This document shows, piece by piece, positions 30,258 to 39,311 of a stretch of DNA of 60,707 nucleotides (positions are counted from its first letter, which is position 1; every line of letters starts with the position of its first letter). The stretch covers positions 1 through 60,707 of the forward strand of contig CALCXY010000006.1 of NCBI GenBank assembly GCA_937906345.1, written 5' to 3'. The stretch is from Candidatus Woesearchaeota archaeon (GTDB lineage Archaea; Nanobdellota; Nanobdellia; Woesearchaeales; CALCXY01). Both the position numbers and the translations under genes were made by a program. Under the pieces are notes generated by a model. That model was not told the DNA's origin and did not search any database. It saw only the letters and a program-made list of their open reading frames with translations.

Positions 30258-33200
30258 TTTTATAATCTCAATTCTTAAATTTGTTCCGTATTTTTTGTTT
30301 TGTTCATCAAAAAATGTAGTGTCTTGTTGTAAGGTATCTGCGTTTCCAGATTTTGTCCAAGCAGTTCCCCAATGGAATTTTCTTTGTCTTCCAAATCCTA
30401 GCCCTCCAGCACTCATCATTTCTCTAGAATCTCTTCCAACTGCTTTATATCGAAAATTTCCTTCAGGTGTTTCTCCTGCAAATGAAGGTTTTGGATTAAA
30501 TTCCTCTAATGCTTCAAAATCATCTAATGAATGAGATAAAGCTTCAATATAATCTTGTGCAACTGGTTCATGAGGATTACTTAATGTTTTTGAAACAATA
30601 TCTGCATTTACCTTTCTACCTTGATATTCAGGTGCTTGATATCTTTTAGGTGTTCCATCTTGAACTCTAGCTGCGTTTTCAGCATTATGCATTCTTTCTG
30701 ATAATTGAGTTAGATCATATCCTAATTCTGCAATTTTTGTTCTGTCTTCTACGGCTGATTCAACTTTTTCAACGGCTTTTCCATAAACTTCATCTATCTT
30801 TGCAACTAAACCAGGATTAACATATACTTTTGATGCATCTTGAGAAATATTTTCAGCTAAAGCAAGTAATGCATCTCTACCATTAGAATCTATAACAAGA
30901 GATTCACTCACTAAAGCATTTAATGTGTGTTCATTAGTGATGTAAGATAATTGTTCTCTCACTTCTTGCTTTTGAGTTATTGGTGTAAATGTTTGTAATG
31001 TATTGTATGTATGTTCTGAAAATGCTAAGTCACAAACAGTTACTCCTCTATTTTCAAATACTAATGGATCTTTTAAGCCATAGCCTCTATGGGTTCTGTC
31101 AATTACATGATCAGTTGGAGTTTTTAGTGTATTTGGCCTTAAAGTAACTGTATGTTTTGCTTGTTCGTAAAAGAATACATCTGAATTTTTAATTTCTGCT
31201 GATACTTTTTTAACTTTCTCTAAATGTGCTTTAACAGTATCTAATTGTGCAGGTTTTCTAGCTAAATCAGATAATGCTTTATTTTCAGTAACTTTATCAT
31301 ACACAGTTTCTATAGCAGTTCTTTGATCATCACTTACATAGGTTGCATGAGTAAAAGGTGTAATATCAAATCTTGGATCATTTACCATTTCTGTATGCAT
31401 ACCAGAATCTGCTAAAATATTTGAAGTGTCTAATCCTAATTCTTTTGTTTGATTTAGAAAATCAATCTTTTTTTGTAAAGCAACAGGGATTTTTTTGTAT
31501 TTTTTTACTACACTTACAGCTTTAGCTAATTGAGTATCTTTTCCAGTATGGTAACTAGGCATAACTCCATGATCTAAAGCTTCTTCAATAACTTGTAATT
31601 CTTCTCTAAAAGCGTGGAATGATTTTGAGTTTGTGTAACCAGCATCTTTCAAAGCTTGTTTTTCCTGTTCACTATTGTCTTTTACTGCACGTAAATAAGT
31701 TCCTTTTAGTTTTTCTAAGCTTTTTTGGTGTTTTTCATATTCTTTTTCTGTTACAACAGTATAGGATCTACTCATAACAGCTCTTTTTTCAGTTTCAGAT
31801 TTATCATGTGCAATTTCCCATTGACTTCCTACTACAAATAAATGTTCTAAAGTTTCAATATCATCTTGAATTGAGTATGCATTTCTTAAAGCAATTCTAA
31901 CAGAGCCTTTTCTTGGATTATTATCGTGTTCATGATACTGATAATCAATTTTATTAAACATATCTCTAAGGAAAACAAAATCCTTTTTTGTCAGAATAGG
32001 GTTTGCTTTTTGTTCTTGAGATTTTGCATCAGCAATATGATCATTATCTGCTTTCCAAACTTTCCAAAGTGAATCTAATGTTTGTTCAATATCATTATCA
32101 GGGAAATAATTTAATTCCCATTCTCGTAAATGTGCGTTTCTTCTTGATTTGAATTTAGGAAGTGCTTCTAGAATTCCATCTGCTTCTGAACGTGTGATTC
32201 TATCTTCTTCAAGTTTTTCACCTATAGCTTTTGAAGTATATGGTAATTTCATACTTCTATCGTAATGAATTGGTGAAAATGATAATCCTAATACTTTATC
32301 TGGTGAGACTGATAATGCTAAGTCTTCTACTGATGCATATTCAATATCTTTTTTCCATTTACCCCAGTATGCTTCCATGTCTTCTTTGACAACTTGCATA
32401 GCACATTTAGTCATATCTCTCCAATCTAGGGGAGTTTCTACTATTGTATCTGATAGAATTCTATCAACTGCTACTTCAACTCTTGGATTAACAAGATCTT
32501 TAGTTTCAAACATAGAAGATAAAGTGTGTAAATAATCTCCTCTATGAAATTTATACACAATTCCATCAGCATCTTCTCCAAGAATTTCTTTCATATATTT
32601 TATTAATTGAACTGATGATTTTATTGTGCCATCAGCTATTGAATCTAGAAATTGGGGTTGTAGTCCTTTAGGTAAACCATAAACTGTATTTTTTAACAAA
32701 TCTGCAACATTTTGAGAAGGTCTTCTTTCACCTTGATCTTGAATTGGTCTTTTTTCAAATAATGCTTTAAATGTTTCATGGTCAAAATTAAGAGAATCCC
32801 ACATTCCACGGTAGTATAAGTAAAAATGTTGAGAAACTGTTAAGGGATCACTGTTTCTTTTTGCTCTTCTGCCAGGAAAAGCATTAAAATCAATATCCAC
32901 CCAATTTTTTAATGGTCTACTTGTAGCTTGTGAGGTTCTGTCATAATCATTATCTTCTGATTCATCTTTTTCTACATATGCTATCTCTGGTGCTTGTCTT
33001 AATTTTTTATTAGATGAAGTTCTTAGTTGACCTACATGGCCAAGCATATTTTTCCATTCATTAATGAGAATCTCATGATCCTCTTCTTCTTGGGACATAT
33101 AAGCTATGTTTTTCCAAGGATTTGAGTTTTTTACAAATAAAAGGTTTAGAACAGGCAGTAAAGCTGCTGGTATGTTGAATTGTGGGTTTGTTTTTTTCAT
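30252..33200 (-). CDS. 982-aa protein of unknown function (last gene of the island)
   Basis: Uninterrupted 2.9-kb ORF with a GAGGT about 12 nt upstream and a TATA-like ATTTATATAC in the 52-nt gap upstream. No P-loop, TM helix, signal peptide or known catalytic motif seen by eye. Confidence 0.8.
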   Translation of the reverse strand: MKKTNPQFNIPAALLPVLNLLFVKNSNPWKNIAYMSQEEEDHEILINEWKNMLGHVGQLRTSSNKKLRQAPEIAYVEKDESEDNDYDRTSQATSRPLKNWVDIDFNAFPGRRAKRNSDPLTVSQHFYLYYRGMWDSLNFDHETFKALFEKRPIQDQGERRPSQNVADLLKNTVYGLPKGLQPQFLDSIADGTIKSSVQLIKYMKEILGEDADGIVYKFHRGDYLHTLSSMFETKDLVNPRVEVAVDRILSDTIVETPLDWRDMTKCAMQVVKEDMEAYWGKWKKDIEYASVEDLALSVSPDKVLGLSFSPIHYDRSMKLPYTSKAIGEKLEEDRITRSEADGILEALPKFKSRRNAHLREWELNYFPDNDIEQTLDSLWKVWKADNDHIADAKSQEQKANPILTKKDFVFLRDMFNKIDYQYHEHDNNPRKGSVRIALRNAYSIQDDIETLEHLFVVGSQWEIAHDKSETEKRAVMSRSYTVVTEKEYEKHQKSLEKLKGTYLRAVKDNSEQEKQALKDAGYTNSKSFHAFREELQVIEEALDHGVMPSYHTGKDTQLAKAVSVVKKYKKIPVALQKKIDFLNQTKELGLDTSNILADSGMHTEMVNDPRFDITPFTHATYVSDDQRTAIETVYDKVTENKALSDLARKPAQLDTVKAHLEKVKKVSAEIKNSDVFFYEQAKHTVTLRPNTLKTPTDHVIDRTHRGYGLKDPLVFENRGVTVCDLAFSEHTYNTLQTFTPITQKQEVREQLSYITNEHTLNALVSESLVIDSNGRDALLALAENISQDASKVYVNPGLVAKIDEVYGKAVEKVESAVEDRTKIAELGYDLTQLSERMHNAENAARVQDGTPKRYQAPEYQGRKVNADIVSKTLSNPHEPVAQDYIEALSHSLDDFEALEEFNPKPSFAGETPEGNFRYKAVGRDSREMMSAGGLGFGRQRKFHWGTAWTKSGNADTLQQDTTFFDEQNKKYGTNLRIEIIKS

Positions 33201-33252
33201 GTTTTGTGATTACCTCTGGTGTATATAAATATGTGGGGTGATGTTGTTTACC

Positions 33253-35913
33253 TCATTTTAATAATTCTTGAACCACCTTTTTTTGAGCTACTCGCCCATT
33301 ATCTAATTCGTTTAAAGCATATGTAAAAACTTTTTGATATTTTCCTTGCATATCTGGTTTTGAACTTAAAACTCTATTAAGAGGTTTTCCATCATCTGTA
33401 ACTGTTTGAAAAACATCTAAAGTTTTTTGTTTATCTGCATCACTATATTTATTATCTTGAGCTATTTGTTTTCCAAGTTCTAATACTTTTGACCTTAATT
33501 TTTTATATCTACTTTTTGGATTTTTAGGTATAATACTATCATAAAAATCTTGTTCGTATTTTTCAACAGGAAATGAATTATTTGTATTTTCAGAATCTGA
33601 GGAATCATCATTATCATCTGGATCATTATCTGATTGGTCATTCTGTTCTTGACTACTAAGTGCTTTTAATTGGGGAATTAAATCTCCATTAGTGTCAATT
33701 GCTTCAAGTTCATCATTTTCATATTTATTTAGTTCTCTAAAAATGGTTTGTCTATTTCCGTTATTATAAGAAATTACTGCTTCTAATCCAATCCTATGTT
33801 TGTGTTCCTCATCTTGATAGGAACATAATGTTCCTAATACTGATTTATCTTCTATAGCTGCTTGGAGTACGGGTTTTCTTATACTCTCATTATTAATGTA
33901 ACGTAGGGTCCTATTATTATTTCTTATGAATTGGAAAACATTATTTTTCTTTCTTTCATTTCCTTCAAGGTCTTCTAGAGTTTCATAAATAAAAATTAAT
34001 GAAGGATCATTTTTTAACTCTTTTAGATTTTTAGCAAAATTATATTTATGTATGAATGATTCAGGGTTTGAGATGTAATCTGAAACACGAAGAGCATAAT
34101 CTGTATTTTCCTGAGCAACTTTGACTAATGTATCATAAACAGGTGATTCCATTCCGAAAAGTATGTTGTGGAAAACTTCAGAAGTCATCCATATATTAAA
34201 ATATTTATCAGCAATATTTGGATGAATTTTAGATAGGGTAAGAGACCTTTTACAAACTTCTTCTAAATGGATATCACACAATCTTACAACAGGATAATAA
34301 GGTAAATTATCATATTGAGGAATAAGATTTTCCATTTGTCCTACAGTTTCTTCAATATCTCTCTTTATACCCATTATAAAATTTCTACTAGCTTTTTCTG
34401 AGAATGCTTTTAATTCATGATAGGTTTCATTTATTAAAGTAACACAACGATTTCGACCTCCTATATGATTTAATTCTATAACAATTAAATCTGCCACTAA
34501 AGCATGTAAACTCTGTTTATCATCAGATTCTTCTTTTAATACAATTTTAGCCTTTAAATCCATAATGTATTCGTTTATATCGGGGTGATTAGTAAATTTA
34601 TTTTTGATTTCCAATAATTTTTTGGCTTCACTTGCGTGATCAGATAACCTCAATTCAAACTCATTAAGATCAAATGGATTATCGATAAATCTAAATGAGT
34701 TAATTAAATGTCTGTACAGTTCCTTAGTTCCATTTTCATACCTACAGAACAAATTATTGAGGAATAATTGATCTTCGCTCGCCCGGAACACTAGGTCTAC
34801 TTCAATATGTGGTATGTATCCTTGAACTTCAAAATATCTATTAACCAACCCTTCATATATATTTAGGATTTCCTTAGGTGAAAAATATTTAAAAGGTTTG
34901 GGTGGACCATCATGTATTGGTGGCCATGTGGATTTAAATCTTTTATAAGCTTCTAATTCCGAAGGACTCCAAAATAAAGGAAAGTCTGATTCTTTTTTTA
35001 ATTTATCATCTTCCTTTTCAATTTCTGGTATGAATGTTTCAATTCCGGATTTTTTCTCTAATTCTTCACCCTCATCATAAACAAAAACCTTATCAGGAAT
35101 TTTTGCAGTGTTTAATCCTCTTCTTCCATTAGTTTTTTTACCTTTTTCAATAGGTTTTCTATTTTGAGCTTTTGCTAATGCAGTTTTAAGACCTCCAACT
35201 AAAGATTCACTTAATTCTTCAAGAGTAATTTTATTACATTCATAATCTTCACCAATGGGTTTTTGAGCACTAAATTCTAATTTTCCCTCATTATATAATG
35301 TAGTTAATCGATCTTTATAGATATCCATTCCATAAAAAGTTTGTAATGTTTTCATAGGTGCTACAATAATTACTTTAGATTTAGGATCTATTTCTCTAAA
35401 AGCGCCAATATACCTTTCAGTTTCACTCATTAATCCTTTGTAATCTTTATTTCCTTTGACTTTTAATTCTAAAATTACATAGTGTTCATCTTTATCTGTT
35501 GTAACAATGTCAGTTCTTCCTATAGGAAAACTTACTTCAGCTGCAATTGGTTTAAGATCTGGTTGGACTAATTTTACTCTATCATCTAACATTAAATAAT
35601 CTCTAAATGCATCTTCGTTTCTAGCAATTTTTTTTGGTTTTCTATTTTCATAGGCTATCATCTGATACGTTCCTCTACAGATAATATCTAATGGTTCTCT
35701 ACGTGCTTCACCTAAATTTAAATTTGCACAAATTTGAGCCAGATTTCCTAAATTATCAGATATTTCAATAGGGACATTAGTAGGATTATCTTTTAGAATA
35801 CTAAGAACTTCATCCATATCTTGAGTAATCTCTGTTCTATGAGATTCATTTTCTTCTTCTTGAAGTCTAGAATTATTAATTTCAATTCTTTTTACAATCT
35901 CATCTAGTTTCAT
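33253..35913 (-). CDS. 886-aa protein with an N-proximal NucS/DUF91-like PD-(D/E)xK nuclease motif
   Basis: Residues 131-172 read IGRTDIVTTDKDEHYVILELKVKGNKDYKGLMSETERYIGAF, matching the G.xD......D.....vviElK.......v.Q..rY pattern. The rest is unrecognisable, and an acidic Asp/Ser/Asn tract lies near aa 760. Confidence 0.8.
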   Translation of the reverse strand: MKLDEIVKRIEINNSRLQEEENESHRTEITQDMDEVLSILKDNPTNVPIEISDNLGNLAQICANLNLGEARREPLDIICRGTYQMIAYENRKPKKIARNEDAFRDYLMLDDRVKLVQPDLKPIAAEVSFPIGRTDIVTTDKDEHYVILELKVKGNKDYKGLMSETERYIGAFREIDPKSKVIIVAPMKTLQTFYGMDIYKDRLTTLYNEGKLEFSAQKPIGEDYECNKITLEELSESLVGGLKTALAKAQNRKPIEKGKKTNGRRGLNTAKIPDKVFVYDEGEELEKKSGIETFIPEIEKEDDKLKKESDFPLFWSPSELEAYKRFKSTWPPIHDGPPKPFKYFSPKEILNIYEGLVNRYFEVQGYIPHIEVDLVFRASEDQLFLNNLFCRYENGTKELYRHLINSFRFIDNPFDLNEFELRLSDHASEAKKLLEIKNKFTNHPDINEYIMDLKAKIVLKEESDDKQSLHALVADLIVIELNHIGGRNRCVTLINETYHELKAFSEKASRNFIMGIKRDIEETVGQMENLIPQYDNLPYYPVVRLCDIHLEEVCKRSLTLSKIHPNIADKYFNIWMTSEVFHNILFGMESPVYDTLVKVAQENTDYALRVSDYISNPESFIHKYNFAKNLKELKNDPSLIFIYETLEDLEGNERKKNNVFQFIRNNNRTLRYINNESIRKPVLQAAIEDKSVLGTLCSYQDEEHKHRIGLEAVISYNNGNRQTIFRELNKYENDELEAIDTNGDLIPQLKALSSQEQNDQSDNDPDDNDDSSDSENTNNSFPVEKYEQDFYDSIIPKNPKSRYKKLRSKVLELGKQIAQDNKYSDADKQKTLDVFQTVTDDGKPLNRVLSSKPDMQGKYQKVFTYALNELDNGRVAQKKVVQELLK

Positions 35914-36038
35914 TTTAAAAACCTCTTTATAGCTTCTTCAACTAAATGAGATTTATTTCTATAAGGGCTATTTTTAGCTTGTTCTCTAATCTTGACAGCT
36001 AATTCTTCATCTATTGAAATAGTAAATACTTGTTTCAT
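35910..36038 (-). CDS. 42-aa ribbon-helix-helix (CopG/Arc-like) protein
   Basis: Not in the ORF track. Sequence MKQVFTISIDEELAVKIREQAKNSPYRNKSHLVEEAIKRFLK, fitting beta strand, helix A, helix B. ATGA overlaps occur at both ends (36035-36038 and 35910-35913). Confidence 0.6.
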   Translation of the reverse strand: MKQVFTISIDEELAVKIREQAKNSPYRNKSHLVEEAIKRFLK

Positions 36039-39022
36039 TCTTTAGCTCCTTGATTCATATATTTCATAAAATTATTTGGATTATTTATTTTTCTATCCAA
36101 CATTCTATCTAAAAAGTCATCTAATGGCATATCCCATTGTTTTAAATTTTCATACGTTTTTTTAAGAGTTAATCTTTCTGGGAATGTTAGATAATTTTCT
36201 TTTTCAGTAGATATGGTTTCAATAACTTTTTGTATATTAGTTGGAATTAAATGTGCTTTATTTACAAATCTATCTTCTGCTATGTCATAATAATGTGATT
36301 CCATTGGTAGATCATAGGGGGTTGTAATTTTTGATTCTAAGAAGTCATTAATGTCTTGATCATCTTCTTTGAAATCAGTGTTAAATGTTCTAGGATCAAA
36401 AAATTCTCCTGTTAATTCAGCATATTCTCCTGGAGAATGTTCTATACCAAGATTTCTAGCTATTAATCTATTATATAACGAATCAATTGCTTCCAATTCA
36501 TATGTTGAGTCTGGTTTTTGGTCAAGTTCTTTGATGTAATTTAGTACCTGTCTTGTATTATCATCATTACTTGATTGTTCACTAAGATTAACAAATTCTA
36601 CATCAATATGTTGGAATCCATTTACTAAATGATAGATTTGTAAAGGATCAAAATCATGTAGATCTACAATTTCTTGGTATTTTTCAATTGTAGATTTAAT
36701 ATTATGAACAGCTCCTCCATATTTAACATCTCCAATTCTTGGTTTTGAGTCATTTGGTGGCCAATACAGGTCTGGAAAACTTAGTCGAGGAGATTGAAAC
36801 ATAGTTTCTGGAATAACATGTTCTCCAGCTCTTAATAGATTGTAAGTTACTACTTTTTGTAAAGCTCTCCCTTTTGCAAAATTATGTTCTAAAGTGTGTC
36901 CATTTTCATTTCCTTGATATAAAAGTTGAAAGAATACTTTGTTTGTATCTTCTTGGTTAGGTGTTTTCTCTAAAGCATGGAAATATAATTCTTGTAGTAC
37001 ATTTCTATTTCTTGATACAGGGGTTTGTCTAGGATCATGTTCGGGTACATCTTGAGGAAGTTGAAGTTTATCTTCAAGTAATTCAACATTAGTGGGATGG
37101 CCATTTGTGAATGTTACTTTTGCATTATTGCCTGCGAATTTTTCCAGTCCCTGACAAGTTAGGCCAAAAGTAGATAATAATCCTGATGAGGGTATAGATC
37201 TTTCTACTGAGATTGATGCTTTTTCTAACATTCCACACAAAATTCTTGCCAAGTTTGTATTATAAACATGTTTTATATAAATTGTTTGACCCTGGTAGAT
37301 TAATTTTACTTTACCTCCTTTAAATTCTTGATAATTGGGATGATCTTTTATTTCATTCAAAAGTTCTAGAATCGTGAGTTCTGAGGTTTCTATTTTACCT
37401 ACGAGGTCAATATCCTGTTTGACTTTTGGAATGCCATTTGTATGACAGTATTTTTCTGAGTATATAAGGGCCCTTGTTGGCTTTCCTTTATCAAAGGTAA
37501 CCTTGGTGGGAGAATTACTGTCGTTGGATTGTCTAATCCATCTCAATCCAAATGCGCTAAAGTTCCCTGAGGAGGGTAAATGTTTTTCAACATCGACTGT
37601 GGTTAGCTTTAATTTTTGTCCAAGTAATCTTTCAAGGGTGGGTCTTCCTGTTCCGTTTCCTTGTTTGATTTTGTAGCTTTGTCCTTGATAGTGTATTGTG
37701 ATGGCTTCTCCCTTTCTTTTTTTGTATTCAGGATCTTGTTGTATTGTGTGTATAAGTTCTGGAATTGTAAGTTCTGTGGTTGAAGTTTGGTTAATTAAAT
37801 TTATTTCATCCTCAATTTTTGCTCTTCCATCAGAATGGGGAAAAATGTTGGAACATACTCCTATCTCAACTGGACAATCCATTTCATATGTTATTCTTAT
37901 ATTTTTAGCAGCCAGTCTCTTGTTGGAATATGGAGTCATTCCGAACGCGCTAAATTCACCTGTGGATGGTAACTTCCTTTCGAAAGAGACTTTACTTTTT
38001 TTTAATTCGGATCCTAATAATTTTTCAAGGGCAGTCCTTCCTGTTCCGTTTCCTTGTTTGATATTGTAGTGTTGTCCTTGGTAGTGTATTTTTATGGATT
38101 TTCCTTTTCTTTTTTTGTATTCAGGATCTTGTTGTATTGTGTGTATAAGTTCTGGAATTGTAAGTTCTGTGGTTGAAGTTTGGTTAATTAAATTTATTTT
38201 TTCTTCAATTTTTGCTCTTCCATCAGAATGATGATATATATCAGAGTAAATTTCACATTTACAGGGGTGCCCATTAATAAAAGTCGTTCTTGTAAATCTT
38301 TCTTTTCTATTTCGGTGGCCATTCCAATATAATGTAAATGCTGATAAATTGCCTGAGGAGGGTAAACGTTTTTCAACATCTACTGAAGTTTGCCTTAATT
38401 TCTGTCCCAGTAGTCTTCGCAATCCTGAACGGACATTTTCAGATGCTTGTTTAATTGTGTATGTTTGTCCTTGGAAATGTATTGTGACAGTTTCTCCTTT
38501 TATTTGTTCGTATCCTGGATCTTCTTGTATTGTGTGTATAAGTTCTGGAATTGTAAGTTCTGTAAATAAGTTGTTACTTTTATTATCAAATCTTTCCTGT
38601 ATTTTAAATGTTCTGTCATTATTTTTGAATTTATCACTATATATTATAAAATTTATGGGATCTCCTTGATCAAAAGTTATTTTGGAATGTTTATTCCCAT
38701 ATCTTGATAATCCACTCCATGATAATCCAAATAAATTCATGGCTCCTGATGGGTTTAATTTTTTCTCACATTCTATTTTTGATTTTTTTAGTTCAATTGC
38801 AAGACGTTTTTCTAAACTTATTTTTGCCTTTTGTTTTGATTTTTTTATTTGGTATGTTTCTCCTCTATAGTGTAATGTAACAGTTTCACCAGTTCTTTCT
38901 GCATAAGTAGGATGAGCTTGTATTTGTCTGATAAGACTTACTACTTGGTCTTCTTCTATAGGTGTATCTACATCAGGTTCTAAAACTAAATTATCTATAG
39001 ATGTTGTTTCCATTTTTACCAA
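36035..39022 (-). CDS. 995-aa protein with five tandem ~131-aa modules plus a unique ~350-aa C-terminal region
   Basis: Uninterrupted 3-kb ORF. The module consensus is ELTIPELIHTIQ.DP.Y...KGE..TIHYQGQ.Y.IKQ......L..LLG..LK...V.VEK.LPSSG..SAFGL.........T F..G.P....IYS......G..KI...I.L. Confidence 0.85.
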   Translation of the reverse strand: MVKMETTSIDNLVLEPDVDTPIEEDQVVSLIRQIQAHPTYAERTGETVTLHYRGETYQIKKSKQKAKISLEKRLAIELKKSKIECEKKLNPSGAMNLFGLSWSGLSRYGNKHSKITFDQGDPINFIIYSDKFKNNDRTFKIQERFDNKSNNLFTELTIPELIHTIQEDPGYEQIKGETVTIHFQGQTYTIKQASENVRSGLRRLLGQKLRQTSVDVEKRLPSSGNLSAFTLYWNGHRNRKERFTRTTFINGHPCKCEIYSDIYHHSDGRAKIEEKINLINQTSTTELTIPELIHTIQQDPEYKKRKGKSIKIHYQGQHYNIKQGNGTGRTALEKLLGSELKKSKVSFERKLPSTGEFSAFGMTPYSNKRLAAKNIRITYEMDCPVEIGVCSNIFPHSDGRAKIEDEINLINQTSTTELTIPELIHTIQQDPEYKKRKGEAITIHYQGQSYKIKQGNGTGRPTLERLLGQKLKLTTVDVEKHLPSSGNFSAFGLRWIRQSNDSNSPTKVTFDKGKPTRALIYSEKYCHTNGIPKVKQDIDLVGKIETSELTILELLNEIKDHPNYQEFKGGKVKLIYQGQTIYIKHVYNTNLARILCGMLEKASISVERSIPSSGLLSTFGLTCQGLEKFAGNNAKVTFTNGHPTNVELLEDKLQLPQDVPEHDPRQTPVSRNRNVLQELYFHALEKTPNQEDTNKVFFQLLYQGNENGHTLEHNFAKGRALQKVVTYNLLRAGEHVIPETMFQSPRLSFPDLYWPPNDSKPRIGDVKYGGAVHNIKSTIEKYQEIVDLHDFDPLQIYHLVNGFQHIDVEFVNLSEQSSNDDNTRQVLNYIKELDQKPDSTYELEAIDSLYNRLIARNLGIEHSPGEYAELTGEFFDPRTFNTDFKEDDQDINDFLESKITTPYDLPMESHYYDIAEDRFVNKAHLIPTNIQKVIETISTEKENYLTFPERLTLKKTYENLKQWDMPLDDFLDRMLDRKINNPNNFMKYMNQGAKE
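37102..38944. repeat. in-frame tandem coding repeats (five units, period about 393 nt) inside the 995-aa gene
   Basis: A 91-nt perfect direct repeat occurs at 37716-37806 and 38109-38199 (offset 393 nt). A partial third copy lies near 38510, and more diverged copies lie at both ends. Confidence 0.8.
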
Positions 39023-39052
39023 TATTTAACTGTTAACAAGAATTATTAGTTC

Positions 39053-39062
39053 TATATAAAGT
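39053..39062 (-). promoter_or_regulatory. TATA-like box for the island operon
   Basis: The minus strand reads CTTTATATAG, centred about 35 nt upstream of the ATG at 39022. Confidence 0.3.
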
Positions 39063-39164
39063 TATGTATTTTTCTTACTTAAAAGTAGTGAATAATTATC
39101 AATAAATAAAGGGTAAATAAGTTCACCGCACCCTTTTATAATCTTAAAAAAATAAAATTAAAAG

Positions 39165-39311
39165 ATGGAATTATCTCAAAAAGAAATTAATATCAAGAAA
39201 GCAATAATTCTCTATGAAGCTGATAAAGTCAATATTGTCCAAGCAGCTGAGATTGCAGAGTTAAGTGTAGAGCATATGTTGCATTTCATAAGTGAGAGAA
39301 AACTTAGATGA
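39165..39311 (+). CDS. UPF0175-like small HTH protein (antitoxin-like, 48 aa)
   Basis: Not in the ORF track. MELSQKEINIKKAIILYEADKVNIVQAAEIAELSVEHMLHFISERKLR follows the A..LYe.gk.s...AAe.ag.s...f...l pattern of UPF0175/COG2886. It is divergent from the island operon. Confidence 0.5.
   Translation: MELSQKEINIKKAIILYEADKVNIVQAAEIAELSVEHMLHFISERKLR

Noticed and set aside
37698-38870. Several plus-strand ORFs (123, 106 and 62 aa) and a 61-aa alternative-frame minus-strand ORF (38194-38379), all inside the repeat gene
   Set aside because: They lie antisense to, or out of frame with, the 995-aa ORF and recur only because the DNA itself is repeated. The sequences are Cys/Ser/Ile-rich and look like junk.
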